Shown here: positions 8,152 to 17,072 of the stretch, one piece after another
How positions within the stretch are numbered: the stretch's first letter is position 1
Layout of the letters: every line of letters starts with the position of its first letter
IMG/VR virus record: IMGVR_UViG_3300033487_000040
Span: 1-24,174 of that record
DNA from: a virus
Lineage: Duplodnaviria; Caudoviricetes
Direction: 5' to 3' (one strand)
Length of the DNA: 24,174 nucleotides
Position numbers and translations under genes: made by a program
Notes under the pieces: generated by a model
Database searches by the model: none
Told to the model about the DNA's origin: nothing
What the model saw: the letters and a program-made list of their open reading frames with translations, nothing else

Positions 8152-8397
8152 ATGAGGCTCAAGACGAAGGACGAGCTGGAGGCGGTACTTGCCCTGCGCA
8201 GCGACCGCAATTTCCAGCTCTTCCTGACAGCTCTGGGGGCGGAGCTGGAGCGGTTGAACCAGTGTATGGTCAACCAGACGGGATCGGATTCAGAGCTACG
8301 TTGCCTGCAAGGGCAAGTGCGATTCGGGGTACAGCTGCTGGACGCCATCACATCGGCGGAAGCGGAATACGCGAAACACACAGGTAAGAAGACATGA
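8152..8397 (+). CDS. small helical protein between portal and scaffold
   Basis: 81 aa with an LRCLQG motif. Position is typical of podovirus head modules; ATGA coupling to the scaffold gene. Confidence 0.75.
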   Translation: MRLKTKDELEAVLALRSDRNFQLFLTALGAELERLNQCMVNQTGSDSELRCLQGQVRFGVQLLDAITSAEAEYAKHTGKKT

Positions 8398-9455
8398 CCA
8401 CGACTGCACAAGTTGCCTCGCTCCCCGACGCCGCCCGTCGCAACGCCGCTCGCGCGGACGAAATCCACCGTCAGGTGTATGGCCCGCGCCCGGGCGAGGA
8501 AGCCCCGCCGGCGGCAGAGGCCGCGCCGGAAGCGCCGGTCGCCGAGGCACAGCCGCAGATCCAGCAGCCCACCCCGCCCGAGCAGCCGGCGCAGCAGCCG
8601 GCGCAGCAGCAGCAGCAGGCGGACGACGACTGGCAGAACAAGTACAACGTCCTCAAGGGCAAGTACAACAAGGAAGTCCTCCCCCTGCAGCAGCAGGTGC
8701 GCACGCTGACCTCTGAGCTGGATGCCATGCGCAGCGTGATCGCCTCTATGGAGGTGGCCGCACCTGCCGCCCCTGCTGCATCGGTGCCGGGCTTCACCAC
8801 GTCAGGCCAGCAGTACATCACTGAGGCCGACGTTGAAGACTTCGGGGAAGAGACCATCGACATGATGCGCCGCGCCGCGCGCGCAGAAGCCGAGCAGCAG
8901 AACGCTGCCCTTCTCCAACGAATTGCGCAGCTCGAAACCCAGCTCCACGGAGTTGGCCGAGAGGTGCAAATGACAGCTCGTGAAAAGCTGTTTTCCGCGC
9001 TGGACGCTCGTGTACCCAACTGGAGAGACGTAAATCGCCACAGCGATTTTCTCCAGTGGCTGCAAGAGAGCGATCCGTACTCGGGTATGCAGAGGCATGC
9101 CCTGTTGACGAAAGCCTTTGAGGCCAATGACGCTGCCCGCGTACTTGTCTTCTTCGAGGGCTTCCTCGGTGAACACGCGATGTTGAGCGAGTCACAACCA
9201 GCCCAGACGACCGAGCGCCAGCCGCAGGTGGATCTGGAGACGCTTGTGGCTCCCGGACGACCCAAGAGTAGTCCCGCACGCGCTCAAGAGGGTGATGGTA
9301 AGCGCATATGGACGCCCGCCGAAATCAAGGCGTTCTACCGAGACGTGCAGAACAAGCGATTTGTCGGTCGCGACAAAGAGCGTGTGCGTATCGAGCAGGA
9401 CATCGTGGCGGCGGGGCGTGAGGGCAGAGTTAGAGCCAGCGTAAACCCCTTTTGA
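8394..9455 (+). CDS. capsid scaffolding protein
   Basis: Pro/Gln/Glu-rich disordered N-terminus, WQNKYNVLKGKY, coiled coils and a C-terminal IVAAGREGRV helix, directly upstream of the capsid gene. Confidence 0.8.
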   Translation: MTTTAQVASLPDAARRNAARADEIHRQVYGPRPGEEAPPAAEAAPEAPVAEAQPQIQQPTPPEQPAQQPAQQQQQADDDWQNKYNVLKGKYNKEVLPLQQQVRTLTSELDAMRSVIASMEVAAPAAPAASVPGFTTSGQQYITEADVEDFGEETIDMMRRAARAEAEQQNAALLQRIAQLETQLHGVGREVQMTAREKLFSALDARVPNWRDVNRHSDFLQWLQESDPYSGMQRHALLTKAFEANDAARVLVFFEGFLGEHAMLSESQPAQTTERQPQVDLETLVAPGRPKSSPARAQEGDGKRIWTPAEIKAFYRDVQNKRFVGRDKERVRIEQDIVAAGREGRVRASVNPF

Positions 9456-9483
9456 TCCGCAATTGAAATAGGAGACTACAGTC

Positions 9484-10458
9484 ATGCCGTATCCACTTGG
9501 CACCCCGTTCTCGGGCAGCACCCCGAGCCCTGCATATTCCGGCACCTTCATCCCCGAGATCTGGTCGGGGAAGATGATCGAGAAGTTCTACGACACCACC
9601 GTGTTGGCCGCAATCGCGAACACCAACTACGAGGGTGAGATCAAGAACAAGGGCGACAAGGTGGTCATCCGCACCAAGCCGACCATCTCGATCCGCGCCT
9701 ACACCGCCGACCAAGCACTCACCGTTGACCGCCCGTCGAGCAACGTGGTCGAGCTGCTGATCGACCAAGGCTACTACTTCAACACGATCCTCGACGACGT
9801 GATGGAAGTGCAGGCTGACCTCGACCAGATGTCGATGTGGGCGGACGACGCGTCCGAGCAGATGAAAATCCAGATCGACACGAACGTGCTGGCATACACC
9901 GCCACCGAAATCGCGACGCTGGACACCGGCACCAACAACTCGGGCGCGACCGCAGGCCGCATCTCGGGCAACATCAACCTCGGCACGACGGCAGCTCCGG
10001 TTGTCATCAAGGCCAACGGTGCCACTGGCGCTGAGAAGAACGCCATCGACATGATCCTCGATCTGGGTCAGGTGCTGGACGAGCAGAACATCCCGGAGAC
10101 GGGGCGTTGGCTGGTTCTGCCCGCGTGGTACACCGCCCGCCTGAAGAAGTCCGAGCTGCGCGACGCGTCGCTGTCGGGCGACGGCGAGTCGATGCTGCGC
10201 AACGGTCGCGTGGGCAAGATCGACCGCTTCACGATCTACTCCAGCAACCTGCTGGCGACTGGCACCGGCGCTGGCGGCGCGTACACCCGCGTGCTCGCGG
10301 GCCATGCCCACGGCCTGACCTTCGCCTCGCAGCTGAGCAAGGTAGAGACCCTGCGTGGCGAGTCCACGTTCGGCACCTACCTGCGCGGCCTGCAGGTGTT
10401 CGGTCGCGAGGTGCTCGACTACACGGCGCTTGCTCTGGCGCACGTGCAGGCTGGTTGA
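9484..10458 (+). CDS. major capsid protein (HK97 fold)
   Basis: 324 aa with FIPEIWSGK, YEGEIKNKGDKVVI, LDEQNIPETGRWLV, NGRVGKIDRFTIYSSN and RGLQVFG. Strong AGGAG RBS, biased codons and a terminator downstream. Confidence 0.92.
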   Translation: MPYPLGTPFSGSTPSPAYSGTFIPEIWSGKMIEKFYDTTVLAAIANTNYEGEIKNKGDKVVIRTKPTISIRAYTADQALTVDRPSSNVVELLIDQGYYFNTILDDVMEVQADLDQMSMWADDASEQMKIQIDTNVLAYTATEIATLDTGTNNSGATAGRISGNINLGTTAAPVVIKANGATGAEKNAIDMILDLGQVLDEQNIPETGRWLVLPAWYTARLKKSELRDASLSGDGESMLRNGRVGKIDRFTIYSSNLLATGTGAGGAYTRVLAGHAHGLTFASQLSKVETLRGESTFGTYLRGLQVFGREVLDYTALALAHVQAG

Positions 10459-10475
10459 TCCAGCTGAGCCGAGTG

Positions 10476-10504
10476 GGGGGTCGCGAGACCCCCTTCTTCC
10501 TTCT
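10476..10504 (+). terminator. rho-independent terminator (probably leaky) after the capsid gene
   Basis: Stem GGGGGTC / GCGA tetraloop / GACCCCC, followed by the interrupted U-tract TTCTTCCTTCT. Confidence 0.75.
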
Positions 10505-10530
10505 ACGTCGAGCCTATCGAGGGAGACCCC

Positions 10531-10860
10531 ATGAGCCAGCGACACAAACGTGACATCCATGGCTACGATGTCAACGGTGACACCCCCTACACGCTGGGGG
10601 ACAAAGCCATTCCTGCAGGAGATCTCACGGAAGACCTCGCCGGTCAGACGGTCAATTTCCTGACCTACTTTCCGACGGCGACGGGATTTTCCATCTCGGG
10701 CGGGCCCACGGGCATGACGGTTCATGCGACGACGGGGGTGCTCAGCGGCACGCCGACGACCATCGAATCGGGCGTTGCCACTCTCACGGTTACCTACGCT
10801 TCGCCGGCGGGCACGCGCACCGGACGGGCCTCGTGGCCCTTCGCAGTAACGGCGGCGTAA
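10531..10860 (+). CDS. putative Ig-like domain (He_PIG-type) virion decoration protein
   Basis: FSISGGPTGMTVHATTGVLSGTPT...ATLTVT matches the LPxGLxxxxxTGxISGTPT pattern. GAGGGAG RBS. Confidence 0.7.
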   Translation: MSQRHKRDIHGYDVNGDTPYTLGDKAIPAGDLTEDLAGQTVNFLTYFPTATGFSISGGPTGMTVHATTGVLSGTPTTIESGVATLTVTYASPAGTRTGRASWPFAVTAA

Positions 10861-10867
10861 CGCGGCG

Positions 10868-11215
10868 ATGGCTCACAAGCTGAGCGACATCATCACGCTC
10901 GCGCGTGACCAGTTGCAGGACACGCGCACGCCGTACCGTCACTCCGACGCGAAGCTGATTCGCTACCTGAATCTGGCGCTGTCGGATGCGCTGCGCTTGC
11001 GCCCGGACTTGTTCTTCCCCGACGCGTCCGACAAGGACTATGCCTACACGGTGGCGGACATCGAGGCGACGCTGCCGGTCGACTTCGCCTACCGGATCGC
11101 CATCGTGTTCTACGTCGTGGGCATGACCTCGCTGGAGGATGACGAGTTCGTCGCCAACGGGCGCGGCGCGGCGCTGCTGTCGCAGTTCAAGCAGAAACTG
11201 ACGGGGACACCCTGA
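10868..11215 (+). CDS. head-tail adaptor-like protein
   Basis: IITLARDQLQD...RHSDAKLIRYLNLAL...RPDLF resembles podovirus adaptor N-termini; position after the capsid gene. Confidence 0.65.
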   Translation: MAHKLSDIITLARDQLQDTRTPYRHSDAKLIRYLNLALSDALRLRPDLFFPDASDKDYAYTVADIEATLPVDFAYRIAIVFYVVGMTSLEDDEFVANGRGAALLSQFKQKLTGTP

Positions 11216-11856
11216 TGGCAGTCGAGATCTCGCACTGGTACGACGAAGTGATGGTGCATGCCTCTGGCGTGACCACTGCGGGTGCCGAGCAGGCGATCAA
11301 GGGCGCTGTCGCGGAGTTCATGCGGGACTCGGCGGCATTCGCCGTCGAGCTGCCCGGGATCACCCTGCGTGCGGGCAAGGACACGTACTACATCCCGCCG
11401 CCGCAGGACGGCCCGATCATCTGTTTGATCGCGGTCATGTACCAGAACCGTCCGCTGACGCCCCGCACCGCGCTCAACTGGGCGCAGACCCCGCGTGCGC
11501 AGTCCAGTGACTCGCCGACGTATTTCCGCGCGGATGTCGCGGACAACACCAAGATCGTGATCTCGCCGGCACCGGCCACGACGCTGACCGACAAGCTGAT
11601 TCCCTACGCGGCGCTGGGCTATAGCGGCACGTGCAAGTCGAGCGTACCGGACGTGTTCTGCCGCCAGTGGTACGACGTGATTCTCAGTGGGGCATTGAAG
11701 CGGCTATTCATGCAGCCAAACAAGCCCTACACCAACACGCAGCTGGCGACGTACCACGCGAAGGTGTTCCGCAACGGCATAGCCGTCGCGCGCGACAAGG
11801 CGCGCAAGCAGTTCACCCAGCAGGAAACCACTTTCAGATTCCCCACGTGGGCATGA
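11215..11856 (+). CDS. tail adaptor / tail tubular A-like protein
   Basis: AEQAIKGAVAEF...WYDVILSGALKRLFMQPNKPYTN pattern of adaptor-like proteins; TGATG coupling. Confidence 0.6.
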   Translation: MAVEISHWYDEVMVHASGVTTAGAEQAIKGAVAEFMRDSAAFAVELPGITLRAGKDTYYIPPPQDGPIICLIAVMYQNRPLTPRTALNWAQTPRAQSSDSPTYFRADVADNTKIVISPAPATTLTDKLIPYAALGYSGTCKSSVPDVFCRQWYDVILSGALKRLFMQPNKPYTNTQLATYHAKVFRNGIAVARDKARKQFTQQETTFRFPTWA

Positions 11857-11863
11857 GGACGTA

Positions 11864-12268
11864 ATGGCAAACCAACTCTACCCCAAGGCCCGCCAGCGTT
11901 TCGGCAAGGCCGAGCTCAACTGGGAAACGGCCACGATCCGCGCGGTCATCATCTATGACACGTACGTGCTCGACACTGCCGATGAGTTCCTCGTCGACAT
12001 CGACACGGCGCATCGCGGGCCGACGGCACTGCTTGCCAACAAGACGATCACCGACGGGTTCGCCAACGCTGACCCGACAGACTTTCTGGCGCTGACGCTC
12101 ACCGCCGCTGCCAACGCCGTTGTGTTCTTCGTGGATACCGGCGACTCGGCCACGTCTGTGTTGGTCGCCTACATGGACTCGCTCGACGGCTTCCCGCTGG
12201 CAGCGGATTCGACGGGCGACTTCACGCTCTACCCTGACATCGCCTTCGGGGGGTATTTCCGCCTGTGA
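11864..12268 (+). CDS. virion structural (fibre-associated) protein
   Basis: 134 aa, acidic and beta-rich, MANQLYPK...DTGDSATSVLVAYMD type seen in phage tail modules. GAGGA RBS. Confidence 0.6.
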   Translation: MANQLYPKARQRFGKAELNWETATIRAVIIYDTYVLDTADEFLVDIDTAHRGPTALLANKTITDGFANADPTDFLALTLTAAANAVVFFVDTGDSATSVLVAYMDSLDGFPLAADSTGDFTLYPDIAFGGYFRL

Positions 12269-12699
12269 CCCAGCTGGTTGTCCTGCTTCAGCCCGATCTC
12301 TGGCTCCGCTGTGACGACACCAACGTCACCGACGGCGCTACGGTCGCGAACAGCGGAAACGGCGGGTACTACACGGGGCAGGATTGGCACTTCAACAGTG
12401 CGTTCTGGATCGCGGAGCAGCCGGCAATGGCCCCGGTCGATGGTGCATCCGTCGCCGTCGATGACTCGCTCGGGACGCCCATCGCCGCGCGCATGCAGGT
12501 TTACCCGTCGCCCGTCTATATCGGCGCGTACTTGGGCGGCTGGGGCGCAAAGGATGGCTCCGCGATCCTGATGGGATTCTTCGAGATTCCTACCGGCTCG
12601 CCCGGCGTGGGCTCCTTCTCTTCGCGCATCACGGAATTCGGCATCACGCGCGTCACCGAGGGTGGTGAAACGTACGTCCACGACTATGTAGCAGGGTGA
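12265..12699 (+). CDS. structural protein carrying the N-terminal half of a LamG/ConA-like domain
   Basis: PDLWLRCDD..GATVANSGNGG...EQPAM...GASVAVD...ILMGFF resembles the start of LamG; ends with RITEFGITRVTEGG. Confidence 0.55.
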   Translation: MTQLVVLLQPDLWLRCDDTNVTDGATVANSGNGGYYTGQDWHFNSAFWIAEQPAMAPVDGASVAVDDSLGTPIAARMQVYPSPVYIGAYLGGWGAKDGSAILMGFFEIPTGSPGVGSFSSRITEFGITRVTEGGETYVHDYVAG

Positions 12700-12703
12700 C
12701 ACC

Positions 12704-13858
12704 ATGAGCTTACGCATATCTGAACTGCCCGCCGTTGGCACCATCGCCGGGAGTGAACTGGTCGAGTTGTCACAGCTGTCTACCACCATCACGCTGACCG
12801 CCGCGACGATCAGCGCCGACAGCACGACCAACTCGTTCCACGACTCCGCTGGCGGCTTCATCACCGCCGGCTTCGCCGTGGGCCAGTCGATCAAGTCGAG
12901 CGGTTTCACCGGCAGCGTCGCGAACAACAAGAACGCGCGCGTCATCACCGAGCTCACCGCAACCGATATGGTCTTCGGCGGGACGGACGGCGACGACATC
13001 GTCACCGACGCCGCTGGCGAGTCGGTCACGCTGACTTCGTGGGTCAGCGTCCGCGCGCTGGCCTCGGACTTCATCATCGACGCGATGGTGTTCAAGGGCG
13101 TCATTGATTGCTCGACGAACCCCAACTACCCCGCTGGTGATCGTGGCGACACGTACCGCATCAGCGTAGCCGGCAAGATCGGCGGCGCGAGCGGCATCAA
13201 CGTCGAAGTCGGCGACTTGCTGACGTGCATGACCGACGGCACGGTGACGGGCGACCAAGCCGCCGTCGGCGCGCAGTGGACGATCACGCAGGCAAACCTC
13301 GACGGAGCCGTCTTTGTGCCGGGCACGCCCGCCGAAGGCGACTTGCTGATGTACAACGGCACGGCATGGGAACTGCTGCCCAAGGGAGCAGAGGGTGAGT
13401 ACCTCGCAGTCGTGCCAGTCGCCTTCGGCGGCACGGGCCTCCCCGAGTGGACGAATATCCCCTCCGCGCCCGAAGCATGGGGTATGGCCTGTTCCGACGA
13501 GACGACGGCGATCACGGCTGACGCAGTCAACCCCAAGCACACCTTCGTGACGCCGTATGGTTTCCACATCACGGACATCAAGGCGTCGCTCGGTGTAGCA
13601 CAAACCAGCGGTGCGCTGTTTACCATCGACGTGAAGTGTGGCGGTGTATCACTGTTCAGCACGTTGCTCACGTTCGACAACGGAGAACAGGGCACGTTCT
13701 TGGCGACGACGCCGATGGTGCTGGCTAACGATCCGACGGACATCTTGGGCAATGCGCGCATCGACATCTACGTCACGCAAGTCGGCGATGGGACGGCGAA
13801 AGGACTGAAAGTCTACTTCGTCGGCTACTTCATCCTTGGTGGGACGCTGCCTGCATGA
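12704..13858 (+). CDS. tail fibre protein
   Basis: N-terminal RISELP motif, FKGVID...GDTYRISVAG...VGDLL, GDLLMYNGTAW, and a C-terminal ACSDETT...AKGLKVYFVG domain. Gly/Thr/Ala rich. Confidence 0.7.
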   Translation: MSLRISELPAVGTIAGSELVELSQLSTTITLTAATISADSTTNSFHDSAGGFITAGFAVGQSIKSSGFTGSVANNKNARVITELTATDMVFGGTDGDDIVTDAAGESVTLTSWVSVRALASDFIIDAMVFKGVIDCSTNPNYPAGDRGDTYRISVAGKIGGASGINVEVGDLLTCMTDGTVTGDQAAVGAQWTITQANLDGAVFVPGTPAEGDLLMYNGTAWELLPKGAEGEYLAVVPVAFGGTGLPEWTNIPSAPEAWGMACSDETTAITADAVNPKHTFVTPYGFHITDIKASLGVAQTSGALFTIDVKCGGVSLFSTLLTFDNGEQGTFLATTPMVLANDPTDILGNARIDIYVTQVGDGTAKGLKVYFVGYFILGGTLPA

Positions 13859-16074
13859 GCATGATGGTCATTGATCCGTACAGGTTCTCCTATGGCCCTG
13901 TAATGACGCCGTTGGTTTGCGATTATTACTACCCATGCACGCCAATCATTGCGCTGGGTGAAGGCAACGACGGCAGTACCACGATTGCGAACTACGGTTA
14001 TGATCGGTGGGGCTACGGCTTGGCGTCTTTGGGAAGCGCCCAAGTAGATACAGCGCAGGCTAAGTTCGGTGGTTCTTCCATCCTGATGCTGGGCACTGGA
14101 ACCACATCGAACGGAAGCTGTGTCCACACATCGGACAACTCGATTTCTACCAACCCAGCATACATGCTGTATCTGGATTTCACGTTCGACATGTGGGTGC
14201 GACCGCAGACGCTGCCTTCTGGATACGCTTACCTGCTGGACGGCAGGGCTGGGGCTGAAGGCGCACACCCTTCGCTGCGGATCAATCCATCGGGGTATCT
14301 GGAATACTACGTTTCCTCCGCAATTCGGATTACCTCATCTGTTGCCATCACGACGAACACATGGTCTTTCGTGGAGTTGTCCAGAACCGGCGGAACCACG
14401 CGGCTATTCTTGAACGGCGTGCTGGTAGGTTCATGGGCCGACACCACAAGCTATGTGTCTACCCGGTACGTTTTTGGCTGCTCCAGTCTCAGCAACATTG
14501 CCACCACGCGGCACTACGGTCTCGACGGGTGGATGGAGGAAATGCGGATCACGCGCGGGTACGCCAGACACACGGCGGATTATGACGTTCCCACAGAATC
14601 AGCGTACGCGATGGCTTGTGCCGTCGGCTTGAATGCCTTCATAGATTCGCTCGCACCGAAGATATGGTTCAAGTACGAAACGCTAACGAGTTCGTCAGGC
14701 TGGTCGGCAAACTCGGTGCATCCCAATTTCGGTACTGAGACCTCAGTTACCGGACTCGTCTATGGCGGCATCGCAGGCGGCACCGACGGACTTTGTGCAG
14801 AGAGTGTGCATGGCATCGCGTGTACCGGGACATTCCCCGGCTACTCTGGCTCTACCGCGCCGTTTGTCAGCCAGTACGATCCGGGGTCTACCACGACGTA
14901 CTACGCCAACACGATCACGATCTGCATGAACATCCATACGCAGGATGATTGGACTTCCGCCGACGTTCCGCTATGGCACGAAGGCGCGGTAGCACAGGCT
15001 AATAATCAGGGGATGTATTTCACCTACCGCGTAGCGACGAAAGTGCTCGACGTGAACTACTACGCTTCCGGCGCGTGGAGAACAGAGAACATAGCAGACC
15101 TCACCGCGATGGGCGGGTTGGTGAACAACACCAAGTACCATCTGGCGTGGGTGTTCAATCACTCGGCGAAGACGTTGAAGGCGTATGTGAATGGCGATCT
15201 GAAAGGTACGCTCACCATGGCGTACACCGTACCCGATACTGCTTACAAAGCCAGCATCGGGCGAACGGCGGCGACCAACACCACCAACAGCGGCAACGGC
15301 GCGAACATGTTCTTGGACAACTTCTTGTTGTTCAATTCTGAAATATCCGCAGCAGACATTCTGACGATGGCGCAGTTGTCATTGCCGACCGACACCTTCT
15401 ATGGGCCGGAAGGGTACGAAGCAGCACCAACTACGCAGCTTCTGCTGCACATGGACGGTACGAACGGCAGCACCACGATCACCGACTCGTCTTGGCTCGA
15501 CCTGACCTGCACGGCTGTAGGGAACGCGCAGATTTCAACAGCGCAATCCAAGTGGGGCGGGGCATCGGCTCTGTTCGACGGTACGGGTGATTACATCACT
15601 GTGCCTCACCACATCCTCATGAACACTGGCCCGCGCAACTTCACGATTCACTTCTGGGTGCGCACCACGACGGTAGCGGCTGGGCAAGCGATCTTCGCCA
15701 CCAAGCGGGCAGACAACACCGTGTTCGCGCCATTCATCATCAGACGCGACGGTAATGTCTTGAATTTGCTGGTCAGCGAGTCTGGCGCGGCGTGGCAGAT
15801 CAACACCAGTGGCGGAACGCTTGTCGCCGACACATGGCACCACATCGCACTGGTCAGGAACGGCAACAGCGTGAAGCTGTACTTGGACGGCAACTCGGCA
15901 GCTAGCGGGACGCTAACGTCTGTGTCGGCAACGCTGATGACCAACAGCGCCGCGATGGTGATCGGCGGCGACACCAACGCCAACTACCACAACGGGTACA
16001 TAGACGAAGTTGTCTGGGAAGGTTCAGCGCGTTGGACGGCGAACTTCACGCCGCCTTCTGGGCCGACCCCATAA
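13855..16074 (+). CDS. triple LamG/concanavalin A-like lectin receptor-binding protein
   Basis: Three LamG units: DFTFDMWVR...RLFLNG...GWMEEMRIT; YHLAWV...AYVNG...FLDNFLLF; NFTIHFWVR...WHHIALVR...LYLDG...GYIDEV. ATGA-coupled to the fibre gene. Confidence 0.85.
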   Translation: MSMMVIDPYRFSYGPVMTPLVCDYYYPCTPIIALGEGNDGSTTIANYGYDRWGYGLASLGSAQVDTAQAKFGGSSILMLGTGTTSNGSCVHTSDNSISTNPAYMLYLDFTFDMWVRPQTLPSGYAYLLDGRAGAEGAHPSLRINPSGYLEYYVSSAIRITSSVAITTNTWSFVELSRTGGTTRLFLNGVLVGSWADTTSYVSTRYVFGCSSLSNIATTRHYGLDGWMEEMRITRGYARHTADYDVPTESAYAMACAVGLNAFIDSLAPKIWFKYETLTSSSGWSANSVHPNFGTETSVTGLVYGGIAGGTDGLCAESVHGIACTGTFPGYSGSTAPFVSQYDPGSTTTYYANTITICMNIHTQDDWTSADVPLWHEGAVAQANNQGMYFTYRVATKVLDVNYYASGAWRTENIADLTAMGGLVNNTKYHLAWVFNHSAKTLKAYVNGDLKGTLTMAYTVPDTAYKASIGRTAATNTTNSGNGANMFLDNFLLFNSEISAADILTMAQLSLPTDTFYGPEGYEAAPTTQLLLHMDGTNGSTTITDSSWLDLTCTAVGNAQISTAQSKWGGASALFDGTGDYITVPHHILMNTGPRNFTIHFWVRTTTVAAGQAIFATKRADNTVFAPFIIRRDGNVLNLLVSESGAAWQINTSGGTLVADTWHHIALVRNGNSVKLYLDGNSAASGTLTSVSATLMTNSAAMVIGGDTNANYHNGYIDEVVWEGSARWTANFTPPSGPTP

Positions 16075-16083
16075 GGAACCTAC

Positions 16084-16755
16084 ATGGCACTTGCAGGCGA
16101 CTACATAGTCTTCAGTTCCAACCCGACGGTTTCACTGCCGTACTTCGAGTTGGTGCTGACGGCTGCGCAAACGCAACTCGCCGTGCATATCCCCGGCGTG
16201 GGCAACCTCACGCCCGCGCTCGCTTCGCTCACACCCGGCGGCGTGTATCAGCTGGGCGTGCGCTACTGGTACGACGCGGACGCTGGCAATCACTGCTGGG
16301 AGTACATCGTCAACGGCATCGTGGAAGCCGGCACTGGGCCGACCTACACCGCCGCCGAGGATGCGATCAGCGTCAACGTGGTCGCCATCGGCTCGGACTT
16401 GGGCGTGTCTCCTATCGTCGGCACGTCGCCGTCGATACCGGGGCGCTACGACGAGATTCTGTATTGGGCTGGGGGCAACTCAGTTACCGACACAGACATC
16501 GAGGACATCTACAAGTCGTACACCTACTATCCATTCGCAAACGGCTGGATCGACGAGGAGTGGGGCACAGCCAGCGGCGGTACGTTCAAGCCGTTCAAAG
16601 CGGTCGAGGGGTGGGACGACGAACTGTGGGGCACGCCGACGTTCGGCGAGAAGATTCTGGTCGAGCCGATCAACTTCACATCCTGCATGCCGGGATGTGG
16701 AAACTTCGTCAGCGAAGACCCCTGTGATTTTGTAAGCTGCGGCGACGCTTGTTGA
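16084..16755 (+). CDS. structural protein carrying the C-terminal half of a LamG-like domain plus a Cys-rich tail
   Basis: GGVYQLGV...YIVNG...VAIGS...GRYDEILYW...VTDTDIEDIY resembles the end of LamG. TAAGGA RBS. Confidence 0.6.
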   Translation: MALAGDYIVFSSNPTVSLPYFELVLTAAQTQLAVHIPGVGNLTPALASLTPGGVYQLGVRYWYDADAGNHCWEYIVNGIVEAGTGPTYTAAEDAISVNVVAIGSDLGVSPIVGTSPSIPGRYDEILYWAGGNSVTDTDIEDIYKSYTYYPFANGWIDEEWGTASGGTFKPFKAVEGWDDELWGTPTFGEKILVEPINFTSCMPGCGNFVSEDPCDFVSCGDAC

Positions 16756-16765
16756 GGATACCGAA

Positions 16766-17071
16766 ATGAACAACTCCCCCGTCTCGCTGCGCCGCTGGTA
16801 CTCGATCACCTACCCGTGGCTCGCTACCGGCGAGCTCATCACGGGCGTGACAGCCACGGTCGAAACGGAAGACCCCAACGCCGAAGATGCCGCCGATCCG
16901 CTGTGGCCCATCGTGCTCACCCAGATCGACAATGCGAACAAGCGTGTGCTGTTCCTTGCCGGCGGCGACGGCATCGAAGGCAACATCTACCACGCCAAGA
17001 TCGCCATCACGACGAGCAACCAACAAGCGAAGACGGACTGCATCCCCTTCGTGATCACCGGAGACTGCTGA
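16766..17071 (+). CDS. small tail-fibre adaptor-like structural protein
   Basis: 101 aa, beta-rich (WLATGELITG...FLAGG...YHAKIAITTS). GAGGA RBS. Confidence 0.6.
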   Translation: MNNSPVSLRRWYSITYPWLATGELITGVTATVETEDPNAEDAADPLWPIVLTQIDNANKRVLFLAGGDGIEGNIYHAKIAITTSNQQAKTDCIPFVITGDC

Positions 17072-17072
17072 T

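Noticed and set aside
8583-8620. CAGCCGGCG/CAG tandem repeats
   Set aside because: They encode the Pro/Gln linker of the scaffold protein and have no spacers, so they are not a CRISPR array.
10456-10533. Capsid-Ig fusion by stop read-through (the Ig ORF is in frame with the capsid gene)
   Set aside because: Two in-frame TGA stops and the terminator hairpin intervene, and the Ig ORF has its own RBS.
16072-16086. Read-through from the triple-LamG gene into ORF 16084 (same frame, TAA GGA ACC TAC ATG)
   Set aside because: TAA is rarely read through, and TAAGGA is a well-spaced RBS for independent initiation.
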